Translations under genes and position numbers: made by a program | Virus record (IMG/VR): IMGVR_UViG_3300025141_000016 | Location: 62,001-126,000 of that record | Strand: one strand, 5' to 3' | DNA length: 64,000 nt | In this document: in pieces, positions 47,482-55,944 of the stretch | Layout of the letters: every line of letters starts with the position of its first letter | Position numbering within the stretch: the stretch's first letter is position 1 | The notes under the pieces: model-generated | What the model was told of the DNA's origin: nothing | Databases searched by the model: none | The model's input: the letters and a program-made list of their open reading frames with translations, nothing else

Positions 47482-49344
47482 ATGAGCAGTTGCCCCATTC
47501 GGTCACAGGCATACGGCGGCCTCCCTTCCGTCGGGGGCTTCGGATCCATCATGGAGTTCGGAGTCGGGCTTGGGACCATCTTTGAGGCCGCTCATTGTCT
47601 ACTTGGCTCCCTCGGCAAGAATCTGGGGAGAGAGGATGACTGGGTGGCGATGCTCGGTGTCGAGAAAGGCCATCTGAACGAGGAAGCTGGGATCATCAAG
47701 GACGCCCTCCGTGAGTATGCTCGACCTGTCTACCGCGAGCAGATGCTCGACTTCTCCCAGTACAAGCCCGAGTGGCAGGAGAGGATGCGGGAGTCTGCGG
47801 AGAGGCAGGTCGAGGACATTCAACAGGCTGGACCCAAGTTGGCCTCTCTCGCCAAGGGTAGGGCATCGGCTTTTGTGGAAAATCTGGAAACGGAGGATGC
47901 CCCTGTCGAGTGGGTGAACACCGTTGAGGCCACCTACCTCATGGTGATCGCGTTGGCCGAGGCTGCGGTGAAGGCCGTGAATGACTGGCCCGACTCTATG
48001 GGGAACCCCTTTGCGGACCCCAAGGTGACCCGAGCCGCTGGGCTCATGGAAAAGCATCTCGCGGCTCTGTTCCGATGGGGATCCTCCCAGCGGGTTGCGC
48101 GTCGATACGCTTCCCAGAAGTTCCAGTGGACGCGCTCTCCCCTCTCCTACAACGTGAGCGGGACTGCGAAGCGGCTCGGACTCCTCGACTCGGAAGCAGG
48201 TGACCCCGATGAGTGGGAGACTTACTTCGCGGAAACCCAAAAGGAACTCCGCAAGAAGAACCGCCAGCGGTACAAAAAGCCTCGGTACGAAACAATCCCT
48301 GGTGCGGAACCTGGGACGGTTGCCTTCCTCGACTACCACGAGTTCCCAAACTACTACGGGGACGGGAAACTCTACCTTTACCTCGACTATGTATCGACTC
48401 GGCATGACCGGCTCGGTCAGGGGCACGCTCGGAAGCTGTTTGAGGAGATGCTGCGGAAGCACGGCAAGGACTCCCACTACGATTTCGGACGCATCGCGCA
48501 CAAGGCGGTCTACAAGATTTTCCGCGACTGGCAGTCGCGGGGGATCAACGTCCGGGGAAAGAACTGGGGCGGCTACACCGACGAGGAAGTCGGCCTCCGA
48601 AGCGCCTCTGCCGTCCGGGTCGTTGCTCGCTTTGAAAATCTCCGAAAAACAGACCGGCACACCGTCTACCACGGGACAGGCATCGGCCAACTCCCCCAGT
48701 TGATCAATGGGTTTGATGCAACCAAGATGAAAGGCCGAAGCTACAACACGCGCCCCCACAAAGGGATGTTTGTCTCACCCGACCTTGCCACTGCAAAGAA
48801 GTTCGGTCAGGTGATCCTTGAACTGGAAATCCCCGCCCGTTTCCTGCATGGGCGCGATTGGGCCGGAAAACCCTTACACCCCAAACTACAAGAGGAAGCG
48901 GAAGGGATGTTCCCCGAGTCGTTCCGCCCCGACCTCTCTTACATGCTGGAAGCCGGGGAACCACAGGCATTGGTTCTTGGCCTCGTTTCGCCCAGGCAGA
49001 TCCGCCGCGTGCTTTATGACGGGAAATGGTACTCCCGTAAAGACTTCCTCGCCCTCGACTGGGAAGACCTCAAAACCCCTCGCCGTCGCCCTATGCGCGA
49101 TCTCGGAGTGGATGTTTCTGATCCCAGCCTTTCGTGGGAGGACTTCATAGAAGCCAGCGCAACTCTCTTTGAGTCACCCGTCGCCCGCATCCAAAAAGTG
49201 CTTGGTCGTTGGGTGGAGCAAGGGAAGAACGCCCGCTGGGTGGCGAAGCAGCTTGAAGTGGTGTGGGAACCTCTCACCGCTCGTCGCTATGCCGAACGAT
49301 TCTTCGGGACGCAAGACAGGGAGGCACAGAGGGGGATGCCGTGA
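47482..49344 (+). CDS. Multidomain protein: helical domain plus GNAT plus ART-like domain, separated by RVxxRY/F motifs
   Basis: SSQRVARRYA; LYLDYVSTRHDRLGQGHARKLF (GNAT); ASAVRVVARF; VYHGT...GMFVSPDLATAKKFG..ILELEI (ART). Confidence 0.7.
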   Translation: MSSCPIRSQAYGGLPSVGGFGSIMEFGVGLGTIFEAAHCLLGSLGKNLGREDDWVAMLGVEKGHLNEEAGIIKDALREYARPVYREQMLDFSQYKPEWQERMRESAERQVEDIQQAGPKLASLAKGRASAFVENLETEDAPVEWVNTVEATYLMVIALAEAAVKAVNDWPDSMGNPFADPKVTRAAGLMEKHLAALFRWGSSQRVARRYASQKFQWTRSPLSYNVSGTAKRLGLLDSEAGDPDEWETYFAETQKELRKKNRQRYKKPRYETIPGAEPGTVAFLDYHEFPNYYGDGKLYLYLDYVSTRHDRLGQGHARKLFEEMLRKHGKDSHYDFGRIAHKAVYKIFRDWQSRGINVRGKNWGGYTDEEVGLRSASAVRVVARFENLRKTDRHTVYHGTGIGQLPQLINGFDATKMKGRSYNTRPHKGMFVSPDLATAKKFGQVILELEIPARFLHGRDWAGKPLHPKLQEEAEGMFPESFRPDLSYMLEAGEPQALVLGLVSPRQIRRVLYDGKWYSRKDFLALDWEDLKTPRRRPMRDLGVDVSDPSLSWEDFIEASATLFESPVARIQKVLGRWVEQGKNARWVAKQLEVVWEPLTARRYAERFFGTQDREAQRGMP

Positions 49345-49446
49345 ACTGGGTGGCGGCCAACTTCAATCAGTACCGGAAGTTTCTGACCTGCTGACTCACC
49401 GGGCGGAACCTAACCTCCCAATAAAAAGGTAGGTTTTTCTTCTGGA

Positions 49447-49481
49447 GGGGGGTTCAACTCGGGCCGGTATCTCCGTATAGG
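49447..49481 (+). promoter_or_regulatory. Class E promoter
   Basis: GGGGGGTTCAACTCGGGCCGGTATCTCCGTATAGG. Confidence 0.8.
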
Positions 49482-49553
49482 CGTGAACCGTAGGGTGACC
49501 TACGCTCTTTACTCACCCCTTCCATGCTCCATTGAGGAGCCCCGGAGATCGTC

Positions 49554-49766
49554 ATGGGCCGCAAAATCCGCCGTCAACGTGCCAAGGGCAAACGGGCTGA
49601 CCGTATCCACGCCAGCATCAAGGCCCAGCGTGGGCTCGACAGGGCTGAACACTTCGCCAAGGGTGGCGATCTCGTTCAGTATTGGGGTGGACCCAAGACG
49701 GTGACGCGAAACCGCAAGCGGGATGCGTCCCGTAATGCGTGTCGCGTCACCGTGAAGGACTACTAA
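49554..49766 (+). CDS. Small basic hypothetical protein
   Basis: GGAGA RBS; R/K-rich, 70 aa. Confidence 0.65.
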   Translation: MGRKIRRQRAKGKRADRIHASIKAQRGLDRAEHFAKGGDLVQYWGGPKTVTRNRKRDASRNACRVTVKDY

Positions 49767-49780
49767 CCCCGGAGTCTTCT

Positions 49781-50167
49781 ATGTCCCCCACCACCGAAAT
49801 CAGTATCGCCTTCCTTCGCCGCATCTATGCCAAGGGAAGTCTCTCGATAACCGAGGCGGTGACCGCTTTTGATGACCGGTGGGGTGCCCTCCCCGAAGGG
49901 GGTGGCACCCTCAACTACCATCTCCAGTTCTCGCTGGCTCACTACCTGGGGGAACTGCCTTCCTACTCGCACCTGTCCCCCACAGTCCTCGTCGCTGCCC
50001 CCACCACGGACAAGCAACGCGAGGTGTTGAAGGTGTGGGAGGAAGGCACCGATGGCGGCAACCTCCCTGCCGACTTCGATTGGACCACCTACGAGTCTAT
50101 CCCTTACCGCTTCGCTCCAGGCTGGCGGCGACGGTACAAGACGATTGAGCCCTGTCCTTCCTGCTGA
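49781..50167 (+). CDS. Hypothetical protein
   Basis: ATG 49781 after GGAG. Confidence 0.6.
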   Translation: MSPTTEISIAFLRRIYAKGSLSITEAVTAFDDRWGALPEGGGTLNYHLQFSLAHYLGELPSYSHLSPTVLVAAPTTDKQREVLKVWEEGTDGGNLPADFDWTTYESIPYRFAPGWRRRYKTIEPCPSC

Positions 50168-50211
50168 CCTTTTGACCCCCGGACTCGCACCGAGCGAGCA
50201 TGGAGAGTTTC

Positions 50212-50718
50212 GTGGATACCAACGTCCTTCGCGGTGCGAAAATCCTTGCCATTGAGGGCATGGCCCCTTCCTCGGAAACCGTCACCCTTACGACCGACCG
50301 AGGGGTGCTGCGTCTGCACCACCATCAGGATTGCTGTGAATCCGTGGCGGTGGAAGACGTGACCGGTGACCCTGCCGACTTGATCGGTGCGATCATCCGT
50401 GACTTCCGCGAAGACACCAAGGACCACCCTGACACCAGTGAGTCCTGGGTCCAGATGTGGACGTTCTACAACATCGTGACGGACAAGGCTGATGCCCAGA
50501 TCCGTTGGTGCGGGGCCAGCAACGGCTACTACAGCATCTCTGTGAGCATGGAGTGGGAGACTACCCTTCCCCCCATCTCCAAGTGCCTGCCGCCCCCCTT
50601 CGCCGGGATCCGCAGGATTGACGAAGACGGCACCGCCCGGAACTACCAGGGCGACGTGCTCGTCACCCTCCCCCCAGAGTCGGTGAACAACATCCTCTCT
50701 GCCTATGACCTCTCGTGA
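50212..50718 (+). CDS. Conserved-type phage protein (HHQDCCE...SNGYYS) with shared C-terminal LPxPF domain
   Basis: HHQDCCESVAVED, WTFY, RWCGASNGYYS. GTG 50212 follows GGAG (alternative ATG 50200). Confidence 0.7.
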   Translation: MDTNVLRGAKILAIEGMAPSSETVTLTTDRGVLRLHHHQDCCESVAVEDVTGDPADLIGAIIRDFREDTKDHPDTSESWVQMWTFYNIVTDKADAQIRWCGASNGYYSISVSMEWETTLPPISKCLPPPFAGIRRIDEDGTARNYQGDVLVTLPPESVNNILSAYDLS

Positions 50719-50729
50719 TGGAGCCTCCC

Positions 50730-51500
50730 ATGACTGACCCCAAGCCCCGCTTGTCCGTCGCTCCATTGAACGAGGATCGACTCCGGCAGTACGTCCTCGA
50801 CATTCTGTCGGGTCAGGTGCTCACGAGCGACCAAGTTCGTGCTCGGGACATAGGCATGGTCTTCATGCCTCTGATCATGGGAGCCCTGTCTCCCCCGGAC
50901 GAGGTGATCGTCAAACACATGGGGAGTGCGACTCCCCCCGAAACCCTCGACGGGGATCCCCCCAAGCCGGAACATCCTGGCTACCCAGAGGGAGTAGGGG
51001 AACCTCCCACCAAACCTGTCCTGGGCAAGATCAATCCCCAGATCCTCTCTGACCTTGATTGGGGGGAGACTACGGAGATCGAGGTGAATGAAGCCAAGGC
51101 CATCGTGGAGGCCGGAAACTCCCGGCTGGTTCGGGAGTGGGACGCAGCCCTGATGGCGTGGGAACGCGCAATCGAGGCCGAGGGGAAGGTCCGTTGTGAG
51201 ATAGACGCGACCCATGAAGCTGCAATCGAGGCGTGGAAGGCCAAACTGGCCGTCCACACGGATCGCCAAGCCGAACGCCAATCTGCCCACGACGAGTGGG
51301 TGGCCCGTTTCGATGTGGTCTTTGACGAGTGGCGGAACAACATCGCCGTCGTCGCGGGCAACATGAAGGACACCTTTCCCCGGTCGATCAACGGCTACCC
51401 CATGTTCCATGCTATCGCACTCATCGGCCATGACGACTGGAAGCGCATCCGTGCTGCCGTCATCCGTGAACAAGATCGCGCCAAGACCTTGGAGGTCTGA
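50730..51500 (+). CDS. Hypothetical protein (Pro-rich plus coiled coil)
   Basis: Long ORF; PRSINGYPMF block. Confidence 0.65.
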   Translation: MTDPKPRLSVAPLNEDRLRQYVLDILSGQVLTSDQVRARDIGMVFMPLIMGALSPPDEVIVKHMGSATPPETLDGDPPKPEHPGYPEGVGEPPTKPVLGKINPQILSDLDWGETTEIEVNEAKAIVEAGNSRLVREWDAALMAWERAIEAEGKVRCEIDATHEAAIEAWKAKLAVHTDRQAERQSAHDEWVARFDVVFDEWRNNIAVVAGNMKDTFPRSINGYPMFHAIALIGHDDWKRIRAAVIREQDRAKTLEV

Positions 51501-51877
51501 TGTACGTCCGAGAAATCGAGCATGAGGATGGGTCAGTAACGGTCGAGAAATACACCCCTGGGAGCCCCCAGGAAGCCATGGCAGCTTTCAGCGACCTCTG
51601 GGCGATGGAATCCACCCATGGCCCCTACACCATATCAACGGTCTTTCTTGCGCTTGGCCCGTGCCCTTATGAGACGATGGTGTTTGTCGGGGATTCCAAT
51701 GCCGACAGAGAGATGGACCGCTACAGCACCCGAGCAGGAGCGATCAAGGGGCACCACCGGATCTCGTGTAAGTGGCGGGACATTTTCACGGCTAACCTTG
51801 CCCTGTTGGGGGAGGGTTTCTGGCTTCCTGTTGGAGAAGATTCTGCGGAGAAAACACCCACCACCGCTGAACTTTAG
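51500..51877 (+). CDS. Hypothetical phage protein (YETMVF...RYST...GH type)
   Basis: ISTVFL...YETMVF...RYSTRAGAIKGH; TGATG coupling. Confidence 0.65.
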   Translation: MYVREIEHEDGSVTVEKYTPGSPQEAMAAFSDLWAMESTHGPYTISTVFLALGPCPYETMVFVGDSNADREMDRYSTRAGAIKGHHRISCKWRDIFTANLALLGEGFWLPVGEDSAEKTPTTAEL

Positions 51878-51884
51878 TGCCCCA

Positions 51885-51919
51885 GGGGGGTTCAACTCGC
51901 CCCCCTATCTCCGTATAGG
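51885..51919 (+). promoter_or_regulatory. Class E promoter
   Basis: GGGGGGTTCAACTCGCCCCCCTATCTCCGTATAGG. Confidence 0.8.
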
Positions 51920-51977
51920 AGTGAGGCCCCCATCTATACCCTTTTCCAGCCCTGCATCGAGCAGGCAAGGAGCCCCT

Positions 51978-52469
51978 ATGACCTACCGAAATGTCGAGTA
52001 TCCCGAGGCTGTTGCCGCAGCTAATGAGGGACTTCCCTTCACGATTTGCTGGGAGTTCTCTGGTGCCAATGGCAAGAACAAATCCGGCACGTCCGACAAG
52101 TTCTGGCTGATTGAGCGCACCTGCAAAAACGGTGAGGTGTACCGACGGTTCGGCAAGAAAGGAGCCAACGGCCAGCGTCAACTGATTCCGAGTGTCGCGA
52201 GCGGGCTGCTCCAAGGTCGGGGAAAGGAAAAAAAGGGGTACGTCCTCTCCTTCGCTTCCGTTGTCGCTCCCGCTGGGCAGTCCGACCACCCCGACCCGAG
52301 GGTAAGGCCCCTGATCTCCAAGATGCTCCCTGCCCCTTTCTGCCACATCCGCATGGTCCATGAGGCACCGATTGGGACATGGAACGCCTATGACAGCGAA
52401 GGGAACGTCGTGGTCACCCTGGCTGCGGACACGGCAGCAGAAATCATCGCAACCTACACGCTGGCATAG
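51978..52469 (+). CDS. WGR-like domain protein with shared C-terminal LPxPF domain
   Basis: SDKFWLI...VYRRFGKKGANGQ...KEKKGY; AAGGAG RBS. Confidence 0.7.
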   Translation: MTYRNVEYPEAVAAANEGLPFTICWEFSGANGKNKSGTSDKFWLIERTCKNGEVYRRFGKKGANGQRQLIPSVASGLLQGRGKEKKGYVLSFASVVAPAGQSDHPDPRVRPLISKMLPAPFCHIRMVHEAPIGTWNAYDSEGNVVVTLAADTAAEIIATYTLA

Positions 52470-52477
52470 GAGCAAGC

Positions 52478-54526
52478 ATGTCCAAGAATCTCGACACCCT
52501 TGCTCTGGCCCAGCGTCTTCGTGAAGCCTCCGCTGCCTACTACAGCGGGGGCAAGCCCTCTATGTCCGATGCCGAGTTCGATGCACTGGAAGCCGACCTC
52601 CGCAAGCGTGACCCCAAGCATCCTGCGCTCGCAGAGGTGGGTGCGCCTCCGTCCTCCGGCTGGCCCAAGGTCACCCATCCCATCACCATGGGATCGCTGG
52701 CGAAGGTTCAGAACAATGCCGAGTTGGACTCCTGGGTCACCCCTCTTGTCCGCAACAGCAGAATCGGGGGATGGAACTCTAATGGGTCCAAACTCCGCGA
52801 AGGGAACCAGGGCTGGTGCGTCACCGAGAAGATGGACGGGATTTCCGTTCTCCTGACATACACGGACGGTGTTCTTGTCCGAGCCGCCACCCGTGGTGAC
52901 GGAACCACGGGGGAAGACATTACGCGCAACGTGCGAGTAATGAAGGGTGTCCCGGCCACGCTGCCAACGCTCCCTCGTGGGGACGTTCATATCCGTGGCG
53001 AGATCATCTGCAAGAAGTCCGACTTTCTCCGAGAGTTCGCGGCAGATGGGTACAGCAACCCCCGCAACACGGCTTCGGGAACCTCCAAGCGTCATAGCGG
53101 ATGGCAGAAGTGCCGCCACCTGACGGTCTACGCCTACAACCTGTTCGGAGCCGGTGTCCCTGCCGATGCCGACAAGCGCACTTCGGAGATGATTACCCTG
53201 GCGAAATGGGGGTTCAATGTCCCCTGGACCGAGGCGACCGCGTTTGAGGGAGGTGGGGGAACCACCTCGACCGACCGTATCCAGGCTTTCCACGACCTCT
53301 ACACCAGCGGTAAGCGTGAGTCGCGAGACTACGAGATAGACGGTCTGGTGGTGGAGGTGAACGACACGGCTTCCCGCGAATCCCTTGGCACGACCCCAGA
53401 TGGTATGCGTCCGAAAGGCGCAGTGGCGTACAAGTTCCCGCATGAAGCCCAGCAGACCACCCTGCGAAACATTCGTTGGCAGGTCGGCACGACGGGTCGC
53501 GTGACCCCTGTGGCCGAGTTCGATGCTGTGGACCTTGCGGGCGCGTCGGTCAAACAGGCCAGCCTCCACAACCTCGCCAACATCGAGAAGTTGACTAACG
53601 GTGCTGGGTTCATGGAGAACGCCACCATCCTCGTATCTCGGCGCAACGACGTAATCCCTTATGTCGAGGCGTTGCTGTCCCAGCATCCCCAGGAAGATGA
53701 GTTTGAGGCACCCCACGACTGCCCCGAGTGTGGGTTCGACTTGGCGATGGACGGGGAATACCTCGTCTGCGGTAACGGAGGCGACGGCCCAGGTGATCTG
53801 GGGTGCCCCGCACAAATCCTTGGTGGTATCCGACGCTGGATCAAGAAGATCGGTGTGCTCCACTTCGGGGACCGGCTCATTGAAGCGGTTGTCGAGGCAG
53901 GGATGGTCAAGACCATCCCCGACCTTTATCGGCTGGACGAACAAGCGATGGCTGCGCTTTCGCTCAACGGTCGTCGTGTCGGTGGGGCTGCAAAGCGGGC
54001 TCTGGGTTCACTTCATGCTCACAAGACCCTCCCCCTCGATACCTTCGTGGGATCGTTGGGCATCCCGTTGTGTGGTCGCCGCATGGTGGGGATGCTCATG
54101 GATGCTGGTATCTGTGACCTCAACATGCTGTCCGAGGCTACCGAGGCCCAACTGGCTCTCGCCCCTGGATTCGGCGTGGACAAGGCCAGGGCATTCCGGG
54201 TCGGGTTCGATGAGTGCAGGGACACCATCATTGGCCTGTACGCCGTCGGAGTCACCGTGGCTCCCCCCCAGCCCAAGACCGCTACCTCGGGGGTCCTCTC
54301 CGGTGTGTCCGTCTGCATGACAGGCTTCCGTGACAAGTCCATGGAGAACGCCATCAGTGCTGCCGGGGGGACTGTGAAGTCCAGCGTCAGCAAGGCTCTC
54401 GGATTGTTGGTCGCCAAAGACCCCAACAGCACGTCGGGGAAGGCGAAGAAAGCGCGGTCCCACGGCATCGAGGTCATTGACCCAGCCGAGATGTGGACAC
54501 GCCTGGGGGGTCAGGCCCAGCCTTGA
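52478..54526 (+). CDS. ligA: NAD+-dependent DNA ligase
   Basis: AYY...SDAEFD, EKMDG, TRGDGTTGEDIT, RGE, NPRN, DGLVV, AVAYKF, CPEC...C...C Zn finger, HhH, BRCT (VCMTG). Confidence 0.96.
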   Translation: MSKNLDTLALAQRLREASAAYYSGGKPSMSDAEFDALEADLRKRDPKHPALAEVGAPPSSGWPKVTHPITMGSLAKVQNNAELDSWVTPLVRNSRIGGWNSNGSKLREGNQGWCVTEKMDGISVLLTYTDGVLVRAATRGDGTTGEDITRNVRVMKGVPATLPTLPRGDVHIRGEIICKKSDFLREFAADGYSNPRNTASGTSKRHSGWQKCRHLTVYAYNLFGAGVPADADKRTSEMITLAKWGFNVPWTEATAFEGGGGTTSTDRIQAFHDLYTSGKRESRDYEIDGLVVEVNDTASRESLGTTPDGMRPKGAVAYKFPHEAQQTTLRNIRWQVGTTGRVTPVAEFDAVDLAGASVKQASLHNLANIEKLTNGAGFMENATILVSRRNDVIPYVEALLSQHPQEDEFEAPHDCPECGFDLAMDGEYLVCGNGGDGPGDLGCPAQILGGIRRWIKKIGVLHFGDRLIEAVVEAGMVKTIPDLYRLDEQAMAALSLNGRRVGGAAKRALGSLHAHKTLPLDTFVGSLGIPLCGRRMVGMLMDAGICDLNMLSEATEAQLALAPGFGVDKARAFRVGFDECRDTIIGLYAVGVTVAPPQPKTATSGVLSGVSVCMTGFRDKSMENAISAAGGTVKSSVSKALGLLVAKDPNSTSGKAKKARSHGIEVIDPAEMWTRLGGQAQP

Positions 54527-54556
54527 TCTCCGTAACTGCCCACATAGGAGGCAATC

Positions 54557-54847
54557 ATGTTGACATTCGCACGGGGTGACCCGTACACGGTGACGTTAGC
54601 CGTCACGAAATGCGGGATCCGAATGGAGAGCCCCGCCGTCCTACCCGGCGCAAAACTGACAGCCGAGGAAAGGGCCACGTTGCTCGACCATGGCTGGAAG
54701 ATGCACGAGGGGTTGTACTACCACCCCAACGGTGTGCGGAGCGGCTACTTCCACCGGCTGAAAGCACGTTCCAAGGCAGCAGCCAAGGCCCGTGAGGCCG
54801 AGGCCACCGAGGTTGAGGGCACCCCTCCCGAGGAAGATGGGTCATAA
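54557..54847 (+). CDS. Hypothetical protein
   Basis: AGGAGG RBS. Confidence 0.6.
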   Translation: MLTFARGDPYTVTLAVTKCGIRMESPAVLPGAKLTAEERATLLDHGWKMHEGLYYHPNGVRSGYFHRLKARSKAAAKAREAEATEVEGTPPEEDGS

Positions 54848-54857
54848 AAAGGCCCAG

Positions 54858-54891
54858 GGGGGGTTCAACTCCCCCACCTATCTCCGTATAG
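54858..54891 (+). promoter_or_regulatory. Class E promoter
   Basis: GGGGGGTTCAACTCCCCCACCTATCTCCGTATAG. Confidence 0.8.
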
Positions 54892-54940
54892 AACCGCATC
54901 CTTTTCCCTGTGCCCGACTGACGGGCCAACTGGAGAAACC

Positions 54941-55309
54941 ATGACCCGAGAAACCACCATCATCGAGCGCGGGACCGCTGCTCGTCGTCTCGTGGAGTCT
55001 GTCGATGAGCGTCGGCGTGAACGCGCCAACCGCATCGACGTGATCAACGCCACCGAGCGAGGGGACCGCCTCATCGCTACCGTCCGGTCGGAAGACAAGG
55101 CGAAGACCTACAACACCGTGATCTCCCTCGACGTGAGGGGACGGCGAGGTTGGGTGCGCTGTGACTGTGATGACAACCACCGACGGAACTTGCCCTGCAA
55201 GCACTCTGTTGCTGTTGCCAACCGCTACCGCGCTACGAAGCGCGAGGAACTTCTACGGCTCCGGGGGGATGCCGCCACCCAGGACACTCCAACCCCGGAA
55301 AAACCATGA
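54941..55309 (+). CDS. SWIM zinc-finger protein
   Basis: VRSE...YNTVI...CDCDD...PCKHSVAV. Confidence 0.8.
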   Translation: MTRETTIIERGTAARRLVESVDERRRERANRIDVINATERGDRLIATVRSEDKAKTYNTVISLDVRGRRGWVRCDCDDNHRRNLPCKHSVAVANRYRATKREELLRLRGDAATQDTPTPEKP

Positions 55310-55593
55310 TCCTCCAACGAGAATGGCTGTTGGCCCGCTTCGACTTCTACCGTTGCCCCAACAGCGAACGCATCTCGGCCTGTGTCAAAGACAGCACCGA
55401 TGACAAGCTGATGTGTGGCTGTGGGCAAGTCAACCCCATCGTCAAGGAAAGAGGCTACAGCGAGCCAATAACCAGTGGAATAGTCCACCATTGGGTGCGT
55501 GATCTCTCTCCTGCATCCGTAGACGAGTTCATGGTCTGGAGGGAGAAATGGGTCCAACTCATCAAATCCCGCCGTGGTGGGGGTGTGCGATGA
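55306..55593 (+). CDS. Hypothetical Cys-containing protein
   Basis: ATGA coupling; CGCG. Confidence 0.6.
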   Translation: MILQREWLLARFDFYRCPNSERISACVKDSTDDKLMCGCGQVNPIVKERGYSEPITSGIVHHWVRDLSPASVDEFMVWREKWVQLIKSRRGGGVR

Positions 55594-55883
55594 GAATGCT
55601 CCTACAACAAGCCCCTCGGATTCGCCTCGCCATTCTCTGCGAGGTGTGCGGGGAGGATGCTCCCAGCCTGAACGGGCTGGTGGAGGAAGACCAAGACGGC
55701 GCTCTCACGGCGAGGGCTTGGAAAGCCGAGAACGACGCTACCGAGATCGAATACCTCGTCTGGTTGGTCGCCAACGGTCATTGTCCTGCTTGCCACGGCA
55801 AGCGGTGGGGAGGCCAAACCCCCGATGACGTGATCACCAAATGGATGGCCCACTACAAACGGACCCGCACGGAGGGCATCTGA
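55590..55883 (+). CDS. Hypothetical zinc-ribbon protein
   Basis: CEVC...CPAC; ATGA coupling. Confidence 0.6.
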   Translation: MRMLLQQAPRIRLAILCEVCGEDAPSLNGLVEEDQDGALTARAWKAENDATEIEYLVWLVANGHCPACHGKRWGGQTPDDVITKWMAHYKRTRTEGI

Positions 55884-55908
55884 CCTTTTTCACCTCTCCC
55901 GATAAGGG

Positions 55909-55938
55909 AGGGGGGTCAACTCCTGGCTCGGTCGAGTA
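55909..55938 (+). promoter_or_regulatory. Class E variant promoter (GTCAAC-N14-AGTA) upstream of the ncRNA candidate
   Basis: GGGGGGTCAACTCCTGGCTCGGTCGAGTA; same variant geometry as 18964. Confidence 0.55.
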
Positions 55939-55944
55939 AGGGGG

